In this document: piece by piece, positions 51,396 to 64,000 of the stretch
Layout: the number at the start of each line of letters is the position of its first letter
Numbering within the stretch: the stretch's first letter is position 1
Assembly: GCA_964016885.1 (NCBI GenBank)
Contig: OZ024743.1
Coordinates: forward strand, 238,514,001-238,578,000
Source of the DNA: Eledone cirrhosa
Taxonomy: Eukaryota
Reading direction: 5' to 3'
DNA: 64,000 bases
The notes under the pieces: model-generated
Databases searched by the model: none
What the model was told of the DNA's origin: nothing
Seen by the model: only the letters and a program-made list of their open reading frames with translations
Position numbers and translations under genes: made by a program

Positions 51396-51512
51396 AACCA
51401 GTAAGACCCCGACGGCTGAGCTCAAGCCGTTTCGACGGCTAATTCTGGACTAGTCCAGAATTAGCCGTCGAAACGGCTTGAGCTCAGCCGTCGGGGACTT
51501 ACTGGTTCCTAT
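51391..51512. repeat. 122-bp spacerless palindrome
   Basis: Arms complementary except at one position; centre ggactagtcc. Confidence 0.95.
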
Positions 51513-51588
51513 TACCCACTCTACTACCCCAAGTATTGAGTACTTTGGTGCGTTATGGTCCACCTGGTTCCTTACCACTTTTCCTTCG

Positions 51589-51625
<37 letters not shown>

Positions 51626-51722
51626 TGTATAACGTGCAGTTAATATTAGTTCACCCAAGTGAGCACTCGATGCATAGTTTCCAGTCTGTAAAGAGATGTA
51701 GAACTAAGCAAAGTTTAAATAT

Positions 51723-51906
51723 AATAATTGTTTCTATTTTGGCACAAGGACAACAATTATCCAGTGCATTACTGCTGCTTTATTTTATCGACTCCGTAAG
51801 AATGGAAGGCAAAGTTAAACTCGGCGGCATTTGAACTCAGAACATAAAGGTGCGTAACTCTATGCTGCAAAGTTTGGCGTCCGACCCTCTACTGATACTG
51901 CCACCT
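51723..51906 (-). mobile_element. SINE
   Basis: Antisense full-length copy. Confidence 0.9.
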
Positions 51907-51928
51907 AAATATAGAAATAAAAGGAAGA

Positions 51929-52194
51929 TTTGTTATGTCTTCATTACGCTTATTGAGTTGTGATGTGCGTTTCGCTACTGATCAGCTCAAAACAACAGTA
52001 ACTGAACACCATAAATGAATGTGAATCGTTATAGACATTTCTAAGCCCTGTAGGAACATTCTGTCACTACCACAGCAGAGTTGCGACGGGTGTTTGATTC
52101 CAAAGTCGGGCTAGATCGATACAGATCGAACCTTGAGCTGATCAATAGCGAAATGCGCGTCACTACTCAATAAACTTAATGAAGACATAACAAA
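51929..52194. mobile_element. MITE-like unit with ~62-bp inverted ends
   Basis: 51929-51990 and 52133-52194 are imperfect reverse complements. Confidence 0.7.
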
Positions 52195-52806
52195 CCTTAT
52201 ATCCAGTTCTGTGCATAGTTCATTCACTAATAGCATACATTTCTATTTATGTATTTATTTTGCAAGATTCTTGACAGAAAGTCTGTTTTGAAACATATAT
52301 TAAATGGTAAACATTTATTACTCCGATTCATTGATGTCAGTGGTTGATGATACAAAATGATCATTCAAACTATATGTGGTTGAACTCAGAAAGTTGGCTT
52401 AAAGATTATTGATAATCACATAAGATGGAAAAGAAAGATAAAAACAAAATTAAGTAATGAGAAATAAGGGCAAGTGTAAAGAAACACAGATCTGGATGTA
52501 TGGGAAAGTCGTAGAAGGGTCATGTTGCCAATAAAAATATATACAACAGTTGAAAAAAGCAAAGGATCTATTTAGGTCTCAATAAAAACGTACTTGGAAT
52601 GGGTTTGGGCAAAAGATACAAGATCTTTGTCAAATCAACTCACAATACATAACAACAGATTTGTGCTGTAGTACAATAATTTGATTTAATTTTCATGAAA
52701 TAAATATGGGAGACCCATACAAGTCCCAATTACGAGAAATTGATTGATTGATATACATACATACACAAATATATACATACATACACAAATATACCTATCC
52801 ATCCAT

Positions 52807-52854
<48 letters not shown>

Positions 52855-53070
52855 TGTACGGCGTAATTCGGGCTGTTTGTTTACAAACAAACCGAGCATT
52901 ATAATAAATGTTCGGTAAACCGATACGTGCATATATATATGTGTGCATGGGCGTATACATACTACTGTACGTCTGTATACATATATGTATGTACGTATAC
53001 ATACATACATACTTACATTTAAGTAAGTGCCGTACTAAGAGTGAGAAATGAAATTTCGTTTCATTCTATT

Positions 53071-53120
<50 letters not shown>

Positions 53121-53124
<4 letters not shown>

Positions 53125-53310
53125 GTTTCTACGTTAGGCACAAGGCCAGCAATTACCCAGTGCATTACTGGTACTTTATTTTATCGACCCCGTAAGGATG
53201 AAAGGTAAAGTTAACCTTGGCGGGATTTGAACTCAGAATGGCAAGGGCCGTAACTCTATACGTCAAAGCATGGCGTCCGACCCTCTACCAATACTGCCGA
53301 TCCACCGCCC
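53121..53310 (-). mobile_element. SINE
   Basis: Antisense full-length copy. Confidence 0.9.
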
Positions 53311-53381
53311 AATATATATATATATAATGTAGTTCGTGTGTATGTGTAAGTATATATACACACACACATACACACACGCAT

Positions 53382-53433
<52 letters not shown>

Positions 53434-53936
53434 TTGTGTGTGTGTGTGCGTCTACATATGTATGTTTGCATGCATGAATGAATACACGAAGCTTTAGATT
53501 TAGTAGAATGTACAACCACTGATTCCAGTTATTTGCACTATCATACATCTTGGCTTCTATTAATTCCCTGGGGAATTGGTTGACCAAATGCTTTGCTTAA
53601 TTGTTTTATTTACTATTTAAAAAATGTAATTCTTTCTCTTAGACTTCAAGTATTTTTTGAAAGCAAAGCATTGGCCCCTAAAATACTACAGCGGGCCCTG
53701 TTATGCTAGAGTGGGTTCCTGCAATGCTAACGTAGGCTCCCTTGTCCCACTTGCCATTGGACAACCTGGCAACCTGGCCAGTCCGCCACTATGTATATAT
53801 ATATTTATATATATTATTTGCTTGTTAAAATAATCAAATTAAATTAATTCAACAATTAAACTCATAAGAATAATAAGGTTGTTAGCAAAGAGTCAGAAGA
53901 TTGACAAGTCAACCCAAAATATGACTAATAGCTCTA

Positions 53937-54307
53937 GGGAAGCCATGACCGGCACCACATCTTTTTAACTTTGATTTTGAAAGTAGGTTTATAATTATTA
54001 ATTTTCATTCTACTTTTGTAACTGTCTCGGCGGCCTAGATGGAGGAATCATAGCCGGTGGGGATCCTGGTCGTGGGTAGGTTTCCCGATAAACCTTTTCA
54101 GTTTTTTTCTATGGAATGTAAAATAATAACTGAAAAAGTCTACATGTACCTCGCGACCAGGATTTAATCCAAGACCAGGATCTTCACCGTCTCTAATACC
54201 TACCGCTAGTCCACTGAGACAGCTACGAAAATCTACTGAAAATTCATACTTATAAACCTACTTTCAACATTTTCAATACAAAATGATGCGATGCTAGTGT
54301 GGTTTCC
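53937..54307. mobile_element. Degenerate fold-back (MITE-like) element
   Basis: ttgaaagtaggtttataa / ttataaacctactttcaa and atcctggtc / gaccaggat pair across a centre near 54115. Confidence 0.6.
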
Positions 54308-56280
54308 TGCAACGGACCATTGGACAACCTGGTAACCTAGCCGGTCCGCTACTGTATATATATATATATACGGTCGAGCATGTGTGTGCATAGTGAATGC
54401 AAGCTAACGTATTGTAAACTGCTACATTACAGTTTTAACCATAAAATCGTCGAATAAGTCTGGTATAATAACCCTTAGCTGGACAGCCTGGGGGAATCGA
54501 ACTTGCACTTGCCAGAAGCTCTATCAATCGCCATTTCATCACTTGAAAATGAAGTGACTATATACATGCTAAAACAAAGGAAACCTTGCATTACAAGTTA
54601 CCCTTTTGATATTTAAAACTATCAAGTACCAGATATTGTTGATTGGTTGTCTTCGCGTGAGAAAAACGATTTTGGTAAAATAAATTATATTTTGAAACAA
54701 TTAAAAAAATAATAATTGTGTAATAATAACACGAAACAATCAGAACAAATTTTGGTACATATTTTTGAGACTTGAGTCGGAAATCTGAATAAAAATTCAC
54801 TTGTGCCTCATGCCTAACAATCACGACTGTTAATCATTTCTAATCCCTCCTCTTTCAGATGACCATTTATCTCATCTGTTTTAAATCGGTCTTACAACTT
54901 TCATAAGTCGATATAACTAAAACAAGATATTTTTTCTTCTTATGCTTCAGTGATGGGATATATAGAAGTCACTTACAAGCAAGAAGGGCTAACATATTTT
55001 TTACTAACAAATTACGAAGAAAAATCTTTTTTCTAAAACTTTAGTCTGTCTGAAAATCTTGAGATTTTAGTTTTAGTACTCACAGCTGTAGGTTCCCGTG
55101 CTCTGTGCAAATAAAAATAAAGAAAGAAACAAAAATATGATAATAACAATGATCATCAGGAAGCCTCTTTCATGACAGTTTGAAGAAATCGAATAAACAA
55201 AAACTAAAACTAAAAAATAAGACAAAAATATAAAACAAAAAGCATTGGAAAAACAACACCTTTAGAAACTATCGGGGGATTTTGTTATTATCTCCCATAT
55301 TTTTTCCTCGTTAATTTTTATTTTGTGTTTTCAAATTTATTCCTAAATTTTAGATTAATTTTCAACGTTTCACTTAGATTCTTAATTTTCTTTCGAGCGT
55401 CTGTGTAACTTTTAGTCATCTCTCCAGTTAATAATTTTCGTATTATAAATCAAGTTTATCAAAACAAAAACTCTTTTTTGTGAAATTTCTTTTTCTTAAT
55501 TATTATTATCGTTATTACTATTAGTGTTTGTATTAGATATATATGTTATTTTTTTCTCCTATTTTCAATTTGAAATCCACGCGCTACGGTCAAAATAATC
55601 TCCAAGCAATTCTTGTAAATTTCGTATTAATCGGAATTAGCTGCCATAATCCATCATTATATTAATGCTTTAGTCTCTATTTTGTTATTGTTTTTATTAT
55701 AGTTATTGTTGGTGTAGCTGTTGTTGCGGACTTCTGTTATTTTTGCATACAACTAAAATAAATTGTCCAAGGCCGATCAGTTAAAGAGAAGGTAGACTCG
55801 GCAATATTAGTAGACTATCTACGTATATCAGAGGCCAATACATATTTCATTAATTATAAAGTATGAAATATGAAACTCAAATCGTAGCGATATTTAATGC
55901 AGAGAGCATAAACTATTTAATTAGAAATGATTGCACTCCAAAGTAAAAAATATATTAGTCATCGATTAACAATATTTTAAATGTTTCGACAAAGATAGGA
56001 CATGATTCTGACATGTTTCGGCTTTAGTATGTCTTCATCAATGAAGGATAAACGGCTTGTATGTAAAAACTAAATTTAGCTAAGACATGGAACAAGGTTT
56101 ATGTAGTTATATCATTCAAAAATATGAATCGACGTTCGCAACATACGCCTTAAGTTTTTATACTGGGCGGCAGAGCGAACATTTACCGAAAATATATTGA
56201 TTACTACTCCACAGAATCATTAGAATATTGGATATAATATCATACGGTTTTTGTTCCAGCTTTATAAGCTCTTGGTTATA

Positions 56281-56318
<38 letters not shown>

Positions 56319-56378
56319 GTAATAATAATAAAATTGAAGACTAAAATATCCACTTCTGCGTTTACAGATTGACTTTGT

Positions 56379-56431
56379 TAGTTTCAGAAGATCCCGTTAA
56401 GGGTGAAAGCAGCGATTCATTGCTTAAACTT
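56379..56431 (+). ncRNA. Hammerhead-like motif, CAGAAGA core variant
   Basis: Same family as 4183-4235, in a ~130-bp unit between (TA)n tracts. Confidence 0.6.
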
Positions 56432-56441
56432 TAATCTGTTA

Positions 56442-56499
<58 letters not shown>

Positions 56500-56879
56500 A
56501 TACATTAACAGAGAAAGCTTTAAGCAATACTCCGACCGGCTTCCGTCTCACTCAACAAACATTAGGATATACCTTAGTATAATCCCAATTATACGTTTGG
56601 GGTGCTAACTATACGTATTTTACGGATAGCCAGATATATATATATATATATATATATATTGTTATACTTGGGGAGAGTGATATTTGTGTAATAATATTGC
56701 CAGAATTAATAACAGAACACATTCACTGTTTGGTTGCTTTCGCTTCTGTGTCTTTTATATCGGTTAATTTAATTTATTCGGTCCTCAATGTTACTATTGA
56801 CTGACCAACGGTCAAAAATACAGATACAATATAGACACAAACACATATATATAGTCTATATATATATATATACAATATA

Positions 56880-57180
56880 TTAATAAATGGAAACTATATT
56901 TATAAAACCATAATTATTTTATTATATATATTTTAAGGGTGAACAAAGTAAAATATGGTGCGCTTTCATCAGATAAAATACAGATTTGTTTTATAAATAA
57001 ATATTGACATACCCGGAAAAAAGACAACGTCAAGTGTTGAAATTCGCTGGATTTGGTTTTATAAATATAGTTTCCATTTATTAATATATTGTATATTTAC
57101 TCCACTAACTTGTTGAGTGCTTTATATCAGTTATAAAAATGTTTAAGCTTGTTGAAGCCCAACAAATTAAATATAACCTC

Positions 57181-57183
<3 letters not shown>
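56880..57183. mobile_element. Inverted pLTR-type pair (56880-57010 -, 57050-57183 +) with degenerate HHR at 56915-56980 (-)
   Basis: Homologous to 11578-11836; GAAA mutated to AAAA. Confidence 0.7.
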
Positions 57184-57215
<32 letters not shown>

Positions 57216-57260
57216 TAAAGAAAACGAAAAATCAGTGATGCACCTGGACTTAATTTATTG

Positions 57261-57351
57261 CGTGTTACAATTGTTTCGCCGGCAGTTAGCTCGAGACATG
57301 GTCCTTGTATGGATCTGGCTGATTCTACTTGTGCAGGTTCTTTCAGACACG
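57261..57351 (-). ncRNA. Degenerate hammerhead with long stem II
   Basis: cgtgt-CTGAAAGA-...-GAAA-caattg-TA-acacg. Confidence 0.5.
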
Positions 57352-57527
57352 GGTAGTTCGTTTGGAGCAAATTTTATCACTGGTGTATTATCGTAAAAAA
57401 ACCCTACTTCCACTCTTGTCATGCCATTGCCTATTTTTACTCCACGTCATCACAAGTTCTGGTCATTATTTACCACTATATAGTGGTAGAACACTGGAAG
57501 GTAATATCCGTATAACCATGTCCATTA

Positions 57528-57565
57528 CGAGCTGAGGATCCGCTAAGGTGAAACAATTGTTCTCG
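57528..57565 (+). ncRNA. Minimal hammerhead ribozyme
   Basis: cgag-CTGAGGA-tcc gctaa ggt-GAAA-caattg-TT-ctcg; palindromic stem III. Confidence 0.75.
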
Positions 57566-57618
57566 GTATGGTGAACTAACTGTTGTGTAACCACTTCTAT
57601 ATATATATATATATATAG

Positions 57619-57812
57619 TAATAATTGTTTCTACTTTAGGCACAAGGCCAGCAATTACACAGTGCATTACTGGTACTTTATTTTATCGACCCCCGTAAGG
57701 ATGAAAGGCAAAGTCAACCTCGGCGGGATTTGAACTCAGATCGTAAAGGGACGTAACTATGTTGGAAAGCATGGCGTCCGACCCTCTATCGATACTGCCA
57801 ATCAACCGCCCT
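57619..57812 (-). mobile_element. SINE
   Basis: Antisense full-length copy. Confidence 0.9.
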
Positions 57813-57850
57813 CATATATATAAAGAAATAATAATAAATTTAAAGACTAA

Positions 57851-57901
57851 AATTTCAGAAGATCCCGCTAAGGGTGAAAGCAGTAATTCTTTGCTTAAAC
57901 T
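57851..57901 (+). ncRNA. Hammerhead-like motif, CAGAAGA core variant
   Basis: tttCAGAAGAtcccgctaagggtGAAAgca...tgcTTaaa. Confidence 0.55.
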
Positions 57902-58101
57902 TTAATCTGTTATTTTAATAAATATATATGCGTGCGTGCATGTGCGTGCGTTCGCTCCTTCATACACACATACACACATACATACACACACAAATAAATC
58001 TCAATAAACGGCTGGGTTTTACTCCTCAATTTCCCCAATATTGTACCTGCATATTTTAAAACAATATTTTATCTCCTCATCCCGAAAGAGAACGCAACAA
58101 T

Positions 58102-58256
58102 ATAATTGTTTCTACTTTTGGTACAAGGCCAGCAATAACTCAGTGCATTACTGGTACTTTATTTTATCAACCCCGTAAGGATGAAAGGCAAGTTAACCTC
58201 GGCGGGATTTGAACTCAGAATGGCAAGGGCCGTCACTCTACTGATACTGCCAATCC
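58102..58256 (-). mobile_element. SINE with internal deletion
   Basis: Antisense tail, core and B-box. Confidence 0.85.
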
Positions 58257-59117
58257 TAACATAAGATTTGGAATAAAAATAAAGCGGATCTAAGTTTAAG
58301 ATAAATGTTACGTGGATCGATCCGAGTTGTGTAGGAATGAAAGACATCTCCGGCGGAAGGTAAACCGGGCTCAAGAAACACGCTGTACAGAATCTAATCA
58401 ACAAACAATCTTCCTTCCCTACCACTCAATCGACTTAACTTTCTATGGAAAAGATTATTTTATGAATAAATTATTATTTCTATATTTCTAAGAATGAATG
58501 AGATTTTAAGATTTGATTTAATGAAATCTGTTCTACTCTCATATTTAAACAGACTGAATTATCCAGTATGTTCATTTAAAACAGTAGGGCGTATGTGTAA
58601 GGAAGATTTGGCTGATTTTTCTAGCATGCCACACAGCCATGTATGGGATTTTCATTGGCTTGTTAAATTCGTATTTGAAATAAACTAAGTAAAATAGCTA
58701 TATGGATGAATAACACCCACCTCTCGTAGTTGACTACTACACTATTTTATCGAGTCTGGAAGGATGACAGGCAAAGTTGATCCACTATTGAACACCATTG
58801 AACATACCTTATTGATTATATCTATGGTCAAAGACGCTAAGGCCGTTTAAATGCACGCCTTTATTACCAGACATAGCTGACTGAAGGTCACATTTAGCAA
58901 TGTGTAATTCTTTTCAAACTGAACCGGGTTTGATTTCTAAAAGATTTAGTGTTTGTTTACATTGAGGGACGACACACACGCCCTGTAGTTGGTGTTAGAA
59001 TAAATATATTCCATGTCGTGTTGTAATTAAACTGACCGTCTGTAACAGAGTTAAATATTTATTAATAATTAGCTAAATGCTGTATTATGTAATTATCACC
59101 GTATATTCATTATCAAA

Positions 59118-59643
59118 TGGTGGAAATTTGGCAGAGCCGCTAGAACGTCTGATATAATGCTTTGCGGTATTCGTTTCAGCTGTGTACTCCGAGTTCAGAT
59201 CTCGCCGATGTTAACTTTCCCTTCCATCCTTTCGAGGTCGATAAAGAAGTACCAGCCCAGCACTGGGACCAATGTTTCCTCTATATCTCTTTCTCACCTT
59301 CCCGCTTTCATCTCCTCCCTCCTTCTGTGGAAGTAATTAGCTCTGTTTAGTCCCGAAAAAGAATTAACTCCGCTAGGTTTAAAATTCACCCAAAACGCCG
59401 TAATTCACCACGATGCTCCTACGACCACTCCAGAAGTTTCGGGTTCATACATACATTCATTATGAAATTTGGCAGTATCGGTAGAGAGTCTGACGCCATG
59501 CATAGAGTTGCGGCCCTTTATGATCTGAGTTCAAATCCCACCGAGGTTAACTTTACCTTTCATCCTTATAGGGTCGATTAAATAAAGTACCAGTAATGCA
59601 CTGGTATAATTGCTGGCCTTGTGCCAATAGTAGCAACAGTTAT
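59118..59643 (+). mobile_element. Two SINE copies (59118-59270 old; 59468-59643)
   Basis: A/B boxes and core present. Confidence 0.8.
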
Positions 59644-60050
59644 TTTTGTTCATATTAGTGTTCTCACTGTTATTGTTGTTGTTTGTGCTGGTGTTGGCGA
59701 TACTGCCAAATGCGGTATTGGTGTTCATAATTTTTGTAGGAGGGGTGGTATTATTCATCTCACCGTTCGAGCCACTGTCATGTAACAGCTGACCGAAATT
59801 GCTGGCCTTATGCCTATATAAGAAACCATTATCAAATAATATATTTACATGGGCTAACAACTGCACACACGTATACGCATTAAAACAGATTTACATGAAA
59901 TTAATAAGATCACCTTACTTAAATATAATCACAGATATAACTAGACAAACAGATCATTTACAGAACAAGAACCAACGTAAATACGGAAAGAGTGTAAGGG
60001 AGAGAAATAGAGATATATAGACGGAGGGGATTAAGGCTTTAGAGGAATGA

Positions 60051-60226
60051 TAATTGTTTCTACTTTTGGCACAAGGCCAGCAATTATCCCAGTGCATTAC
60101 TGGTACTTTATTTTATCGCCCCCGTAAGGATGAAAGGCAAAGTTAACCTCGGCGGGATTCGAACTCAGAATGGCAAGGGCCGTAACTCTGTGAGTCAAAG
60201 CATAGCGTCCGACCCTATACCGATAC
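60051..60226 (-). mobile_element. SINE with ~18-bp TSD
   Basis: ctttagaggaatgataat at 60037-60054 and 60226-60243. Confidence 0.92.
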
Positions 60227-60518
60227 TTTAGAGGAATGATAATAATAAAATATAAGATTAGAAGAATATATTAGTATATTAAGCGTAGAAATAGGTTCAT
60301 TAGAAGTACTGACACCAGATAGATTTATTGAAAAATTCTCACACATGTACACAAACACGTACTCACAAACACGCAGAGACACTAAGTTCGCTGTATGAAT
60401 TTATTAATGATGCATGGATAAGTGCAAAGTAGACACGTCTTTAGGTACACATATTTGAACATAATAACACAGGGAAGTTGTTCTAGGTATAGAAAGTTTA
60501 CATACTGTCATAGTCTGT

Positions 60519-60581
<63 letters not shown>

Positions 60582-61369
60582 AAGAGAGAAAAGAAAGAGA
60601 GAGACAGAGAGAAATGTTGTTAATACTTATCTCGCTCGGTCTTACCAAGACTTACATAAACAAAAAGACACATGTATGTATGTGTGCATGTATGTATGTA
60701 TGTATGTATGTATGTGCGTACGGACGTACGTATTTATGTATACATGTATTTATGCATATATGTGTATGCATATTCTTTCTCTTTCCGTGTATACGACTAT
60801 ATATGTTATACATCACACACTCATCTATCCATACATATTTACATATACATATACATATACATACATATACATATATATATATATATATATATAGAAAGAG
60901 AGAGAGAGACAGAAAGAAAGAGAAAAATACGCCCGTCTCTCTCTCTACGTACGTATTTTATATATATATACACACACATACATACACGCACGTATACACA
61001 CACCCACACTCACACGCACGCACACACACATATATATATATATATGTACATACATATATATATAATATATATATATATATGTTTCCGACTTTTTATACGA
61101 TATTTCCAAGGAACTACTTGGACCTGAATAAAGCCTTTTTCTCCGAAATGTTATGTTTGTGTATGTGTTGCTCGATGTTTCATACTAAAGTCGCCTCACC
61201 AGTGAATGCGATGGCATCTTTGATATTACAGCATTGTTTTCGAAACAACTATTGAAATTTCTTCTATTTTCTATAAGATTGGAAGACACACCATAATGAA
61301 AAATAGACTTAGGGAGCAAAAGAACGAGAGAGAAACGGGAAGAATGTAGTAAAATGCATGGTAGGTCTG

Positions 61370-61437
<68 letters not shown>

Positions 61438-61805
61438 AAAGAAAACGGTGGAGGATAGATAGAAAGAGACATTTCTCCGGAAATGAAAATGTGGTTTTCT
61501 GAATTATATCTCAAGGAGTAGGCAAGAATAGGCAATATCTTAATTGAAAATCCGGTTTAGTATTATCGATCGGATGAACTATGAAGAATGGAAGTGATGA
61601 GGTAGTAGGCTGGCGTCGGGTGTTATATGGAGCGAGGAACGTGGGACGGGGTTACATGAGGTCTTGAGAAACTTGATGAGATACGGGGCAGCGGTTTAGC
61701 TGCTTTTGTTTCACTGTGATCCTACCTATATATATTATGAGAATTGTTCGTTTCACCGCTATATTTTCATGTTAGAATTCAATCTTTATTTATGTATGTA
61801 TGCAC

Positions 61806-62536
<731 letters not shown>

Positions 62537-62771
62537 GCATACACCCACACACATAAATATCCATATATATTTGCGTGCGTGTTTTGCGTTTGTATGAAAG
62601 TATTTGTATTTAAAAATGAAAGATTTCAAAAGAGTTTCAAAACGCGTACATAATTGTAGATCGACGCATGCGTGTAAAGAATAAAGTGTAAATAAATCTG
62701 AAAAGAATTTTATTTCATTTCATTGGTTGTTTGATGAAGTGTACAATTCTGAAATTCAGGAAGGTCTAAAA

Positions 62772-62987
62772 CTATAGGAAACCAAACATAAAGAACAGAA
62801 AAGAATAGAAAAGAATAGAAAAGAAGCAATCAATTCTTGAATTGTTGACCAAGTGTTGAAAGGTTATTGAAGTTTGATTTCCTGTTGTTATTTTGGGGGT
62901 AACATCAATAAAGTCAGAAAGGAGATCGTTAGTAGCTTCTTCAACCAATGAGGAAGAATTATTTCCAAAGATGTAGACAGACACACA
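62772..62987 (-). CDS. Possible terminal coding exon of a host gene with a hydrophobic C-terminus
   Basis: Polypyrimidine tract and AG (ttttttcttatctttcaag) precede a 71-codon open frame ending FFSILFYSFLFFMFGFL*. No homology recognised. Confidence 0.3.
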   Translation of the reverse strand, partial: CVSVYIFGNNSSSLVEEATNDLLSDFIDVTPKITTGNQTSITFQHLVNNSRIDCFFSILFYSFLFFMFGFL

Positions 62988-63186
62988 CTTGAAAGATAAG
63001 AAAAAACAACCATTCTCTCACATCTATCTATCTGTCGGCCCCTCCGCTCTCTCATTAGTTTATTCTTTCTATCGTCCGTTTATCTGTCAATCTATTTATT
63101 ATCTGAGTGGAATACGATAGACGGAAACAATGAGATTATTTGCGTATATATATATATATATATTTATATACAAACTTATACCTATC

Positions 63187-63257
<71 letters not shown>

Positions 63258-63695
63258 TATCTCTCACTCATTCATATCTCTCTCTATCTAGCTATCTGTC
63301 TGTATAACTCTCTTTCACTCTACGTCTCTCTCTCTTTTACCATCTTACTCCAACCGATCTTCCCTTTCATTGTAAATAATCTTTCATTTCTTCAGTACTT
63401 CCGCCTTGTTCTGACTTTCAACACCAGTTCCTTACAATCTCATTTGACAGCTGTTTTTCATAAAAATACAAATTAATTAAATGGAACTATTTAAATTGGT
63501 ACTAGATTCCGGGATATTAAAATCAGCCAAAACCAGATTGAAGCAGATGTCTAGGTCCAGCCAATATTTATTAAGTTGAAATTGCTCTTGAAGAATTAAG
63601 AGATTTTCTCATTTGTTTTTCGGTTATTATAAAGAAATATACTTTTATATATTTCAGCAAATGAACGTACGCTATTGTGGAAATTCTATTTAAGT

Positions 63696-63830
63696 ATGGA
63701 TGTGTGGTTAAGTGACTCGCTTCACATGAACATAGCCTGATGTTCGATCTCAACTGGAAAGCACATCAAGCAAGTATCCTCTAATTGTTAGAGTCTAACA
63801 TAATCAACTATTGACCAGTGAATTGTCAGT
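63696..63830 (+). mobile_element. Degenerate second SINE family (CORE-type head)
   Basis: gtgtggttaag...gttcgatctc...gcacatcaagcaagt, i.e. A/B-box-like elements plus CORE-like sequence. Confidence 0.4.
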
Positions 63831-63831
63831 G

Positions 63832-63876
<45 letters not shown>

Positions 63877-64000
63877 TAACTCATGTCTATAGAATTAATC
63901 AGATATTAAAATATATACTATTTCTTCTTCTAATCAGCATAATCAACCATATACATAATCAAATCTAGCAAGCTTTAAGAATAAATTTTCTAACGGGGAA

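Noticed and set aside
52250-52500. LLLRFIDV, resembling RT/TERT motif C
   Set aside because: The second Asp is absent, stops follow immediately, and no other RT motifs are present.
56005-56046. Minus-strand hammerhead-like tTGATGA...GAAAcatgTC
   Set aside because: C3 is missing and stems I and II pair poorly; at best a decayed copy.
61598-61619. let-7-like sequence tgaggtagtaggctg
   Set aside because: Only the 5' part matches, the 3' half differs, and there is no adjacent star arm to form a pre-miRNA hairpin.

Overview
This is eukaryotic, repeat-dominated DNA. The microsatellite load and SINE types suggest an octopus-like cephalopod (inference). No host gene can be called with confidence; the best candidate is a terminal exon at 62772-62987 (-). 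Most of the short ORFs supplied are microsatellite or antisense artefacts. The window is a set of retroelements partitioned by microsatellite target. (1) An (ATT/TAA)n cluster at 18.6-43.7 kb holds two R4/Dong-like RLE LINE families (+), four long and two short Tx1/L1-clade LINE pieces, and a tRNA-derived SINE whose 3' tail resembles the Tx1 3' end. (2) A (TA)n group comprises two Penelope-like GIY-YIG elements and about 14 hammerhead ribozyme (HHR) motifs. Many sit in outward-facing inverted pairs, and one recurrent family has a CAGAAGA core variant. (3) A (CATA)n-embedded RTE-derived element begins with a compact, P4-less HDV-like ribozyme fold. A non-autonomous Helitron and a pogo/Tigger-type MITE are also present. 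All RNA folds were paired by eye, and coordinates of degenerate elements are approximate.
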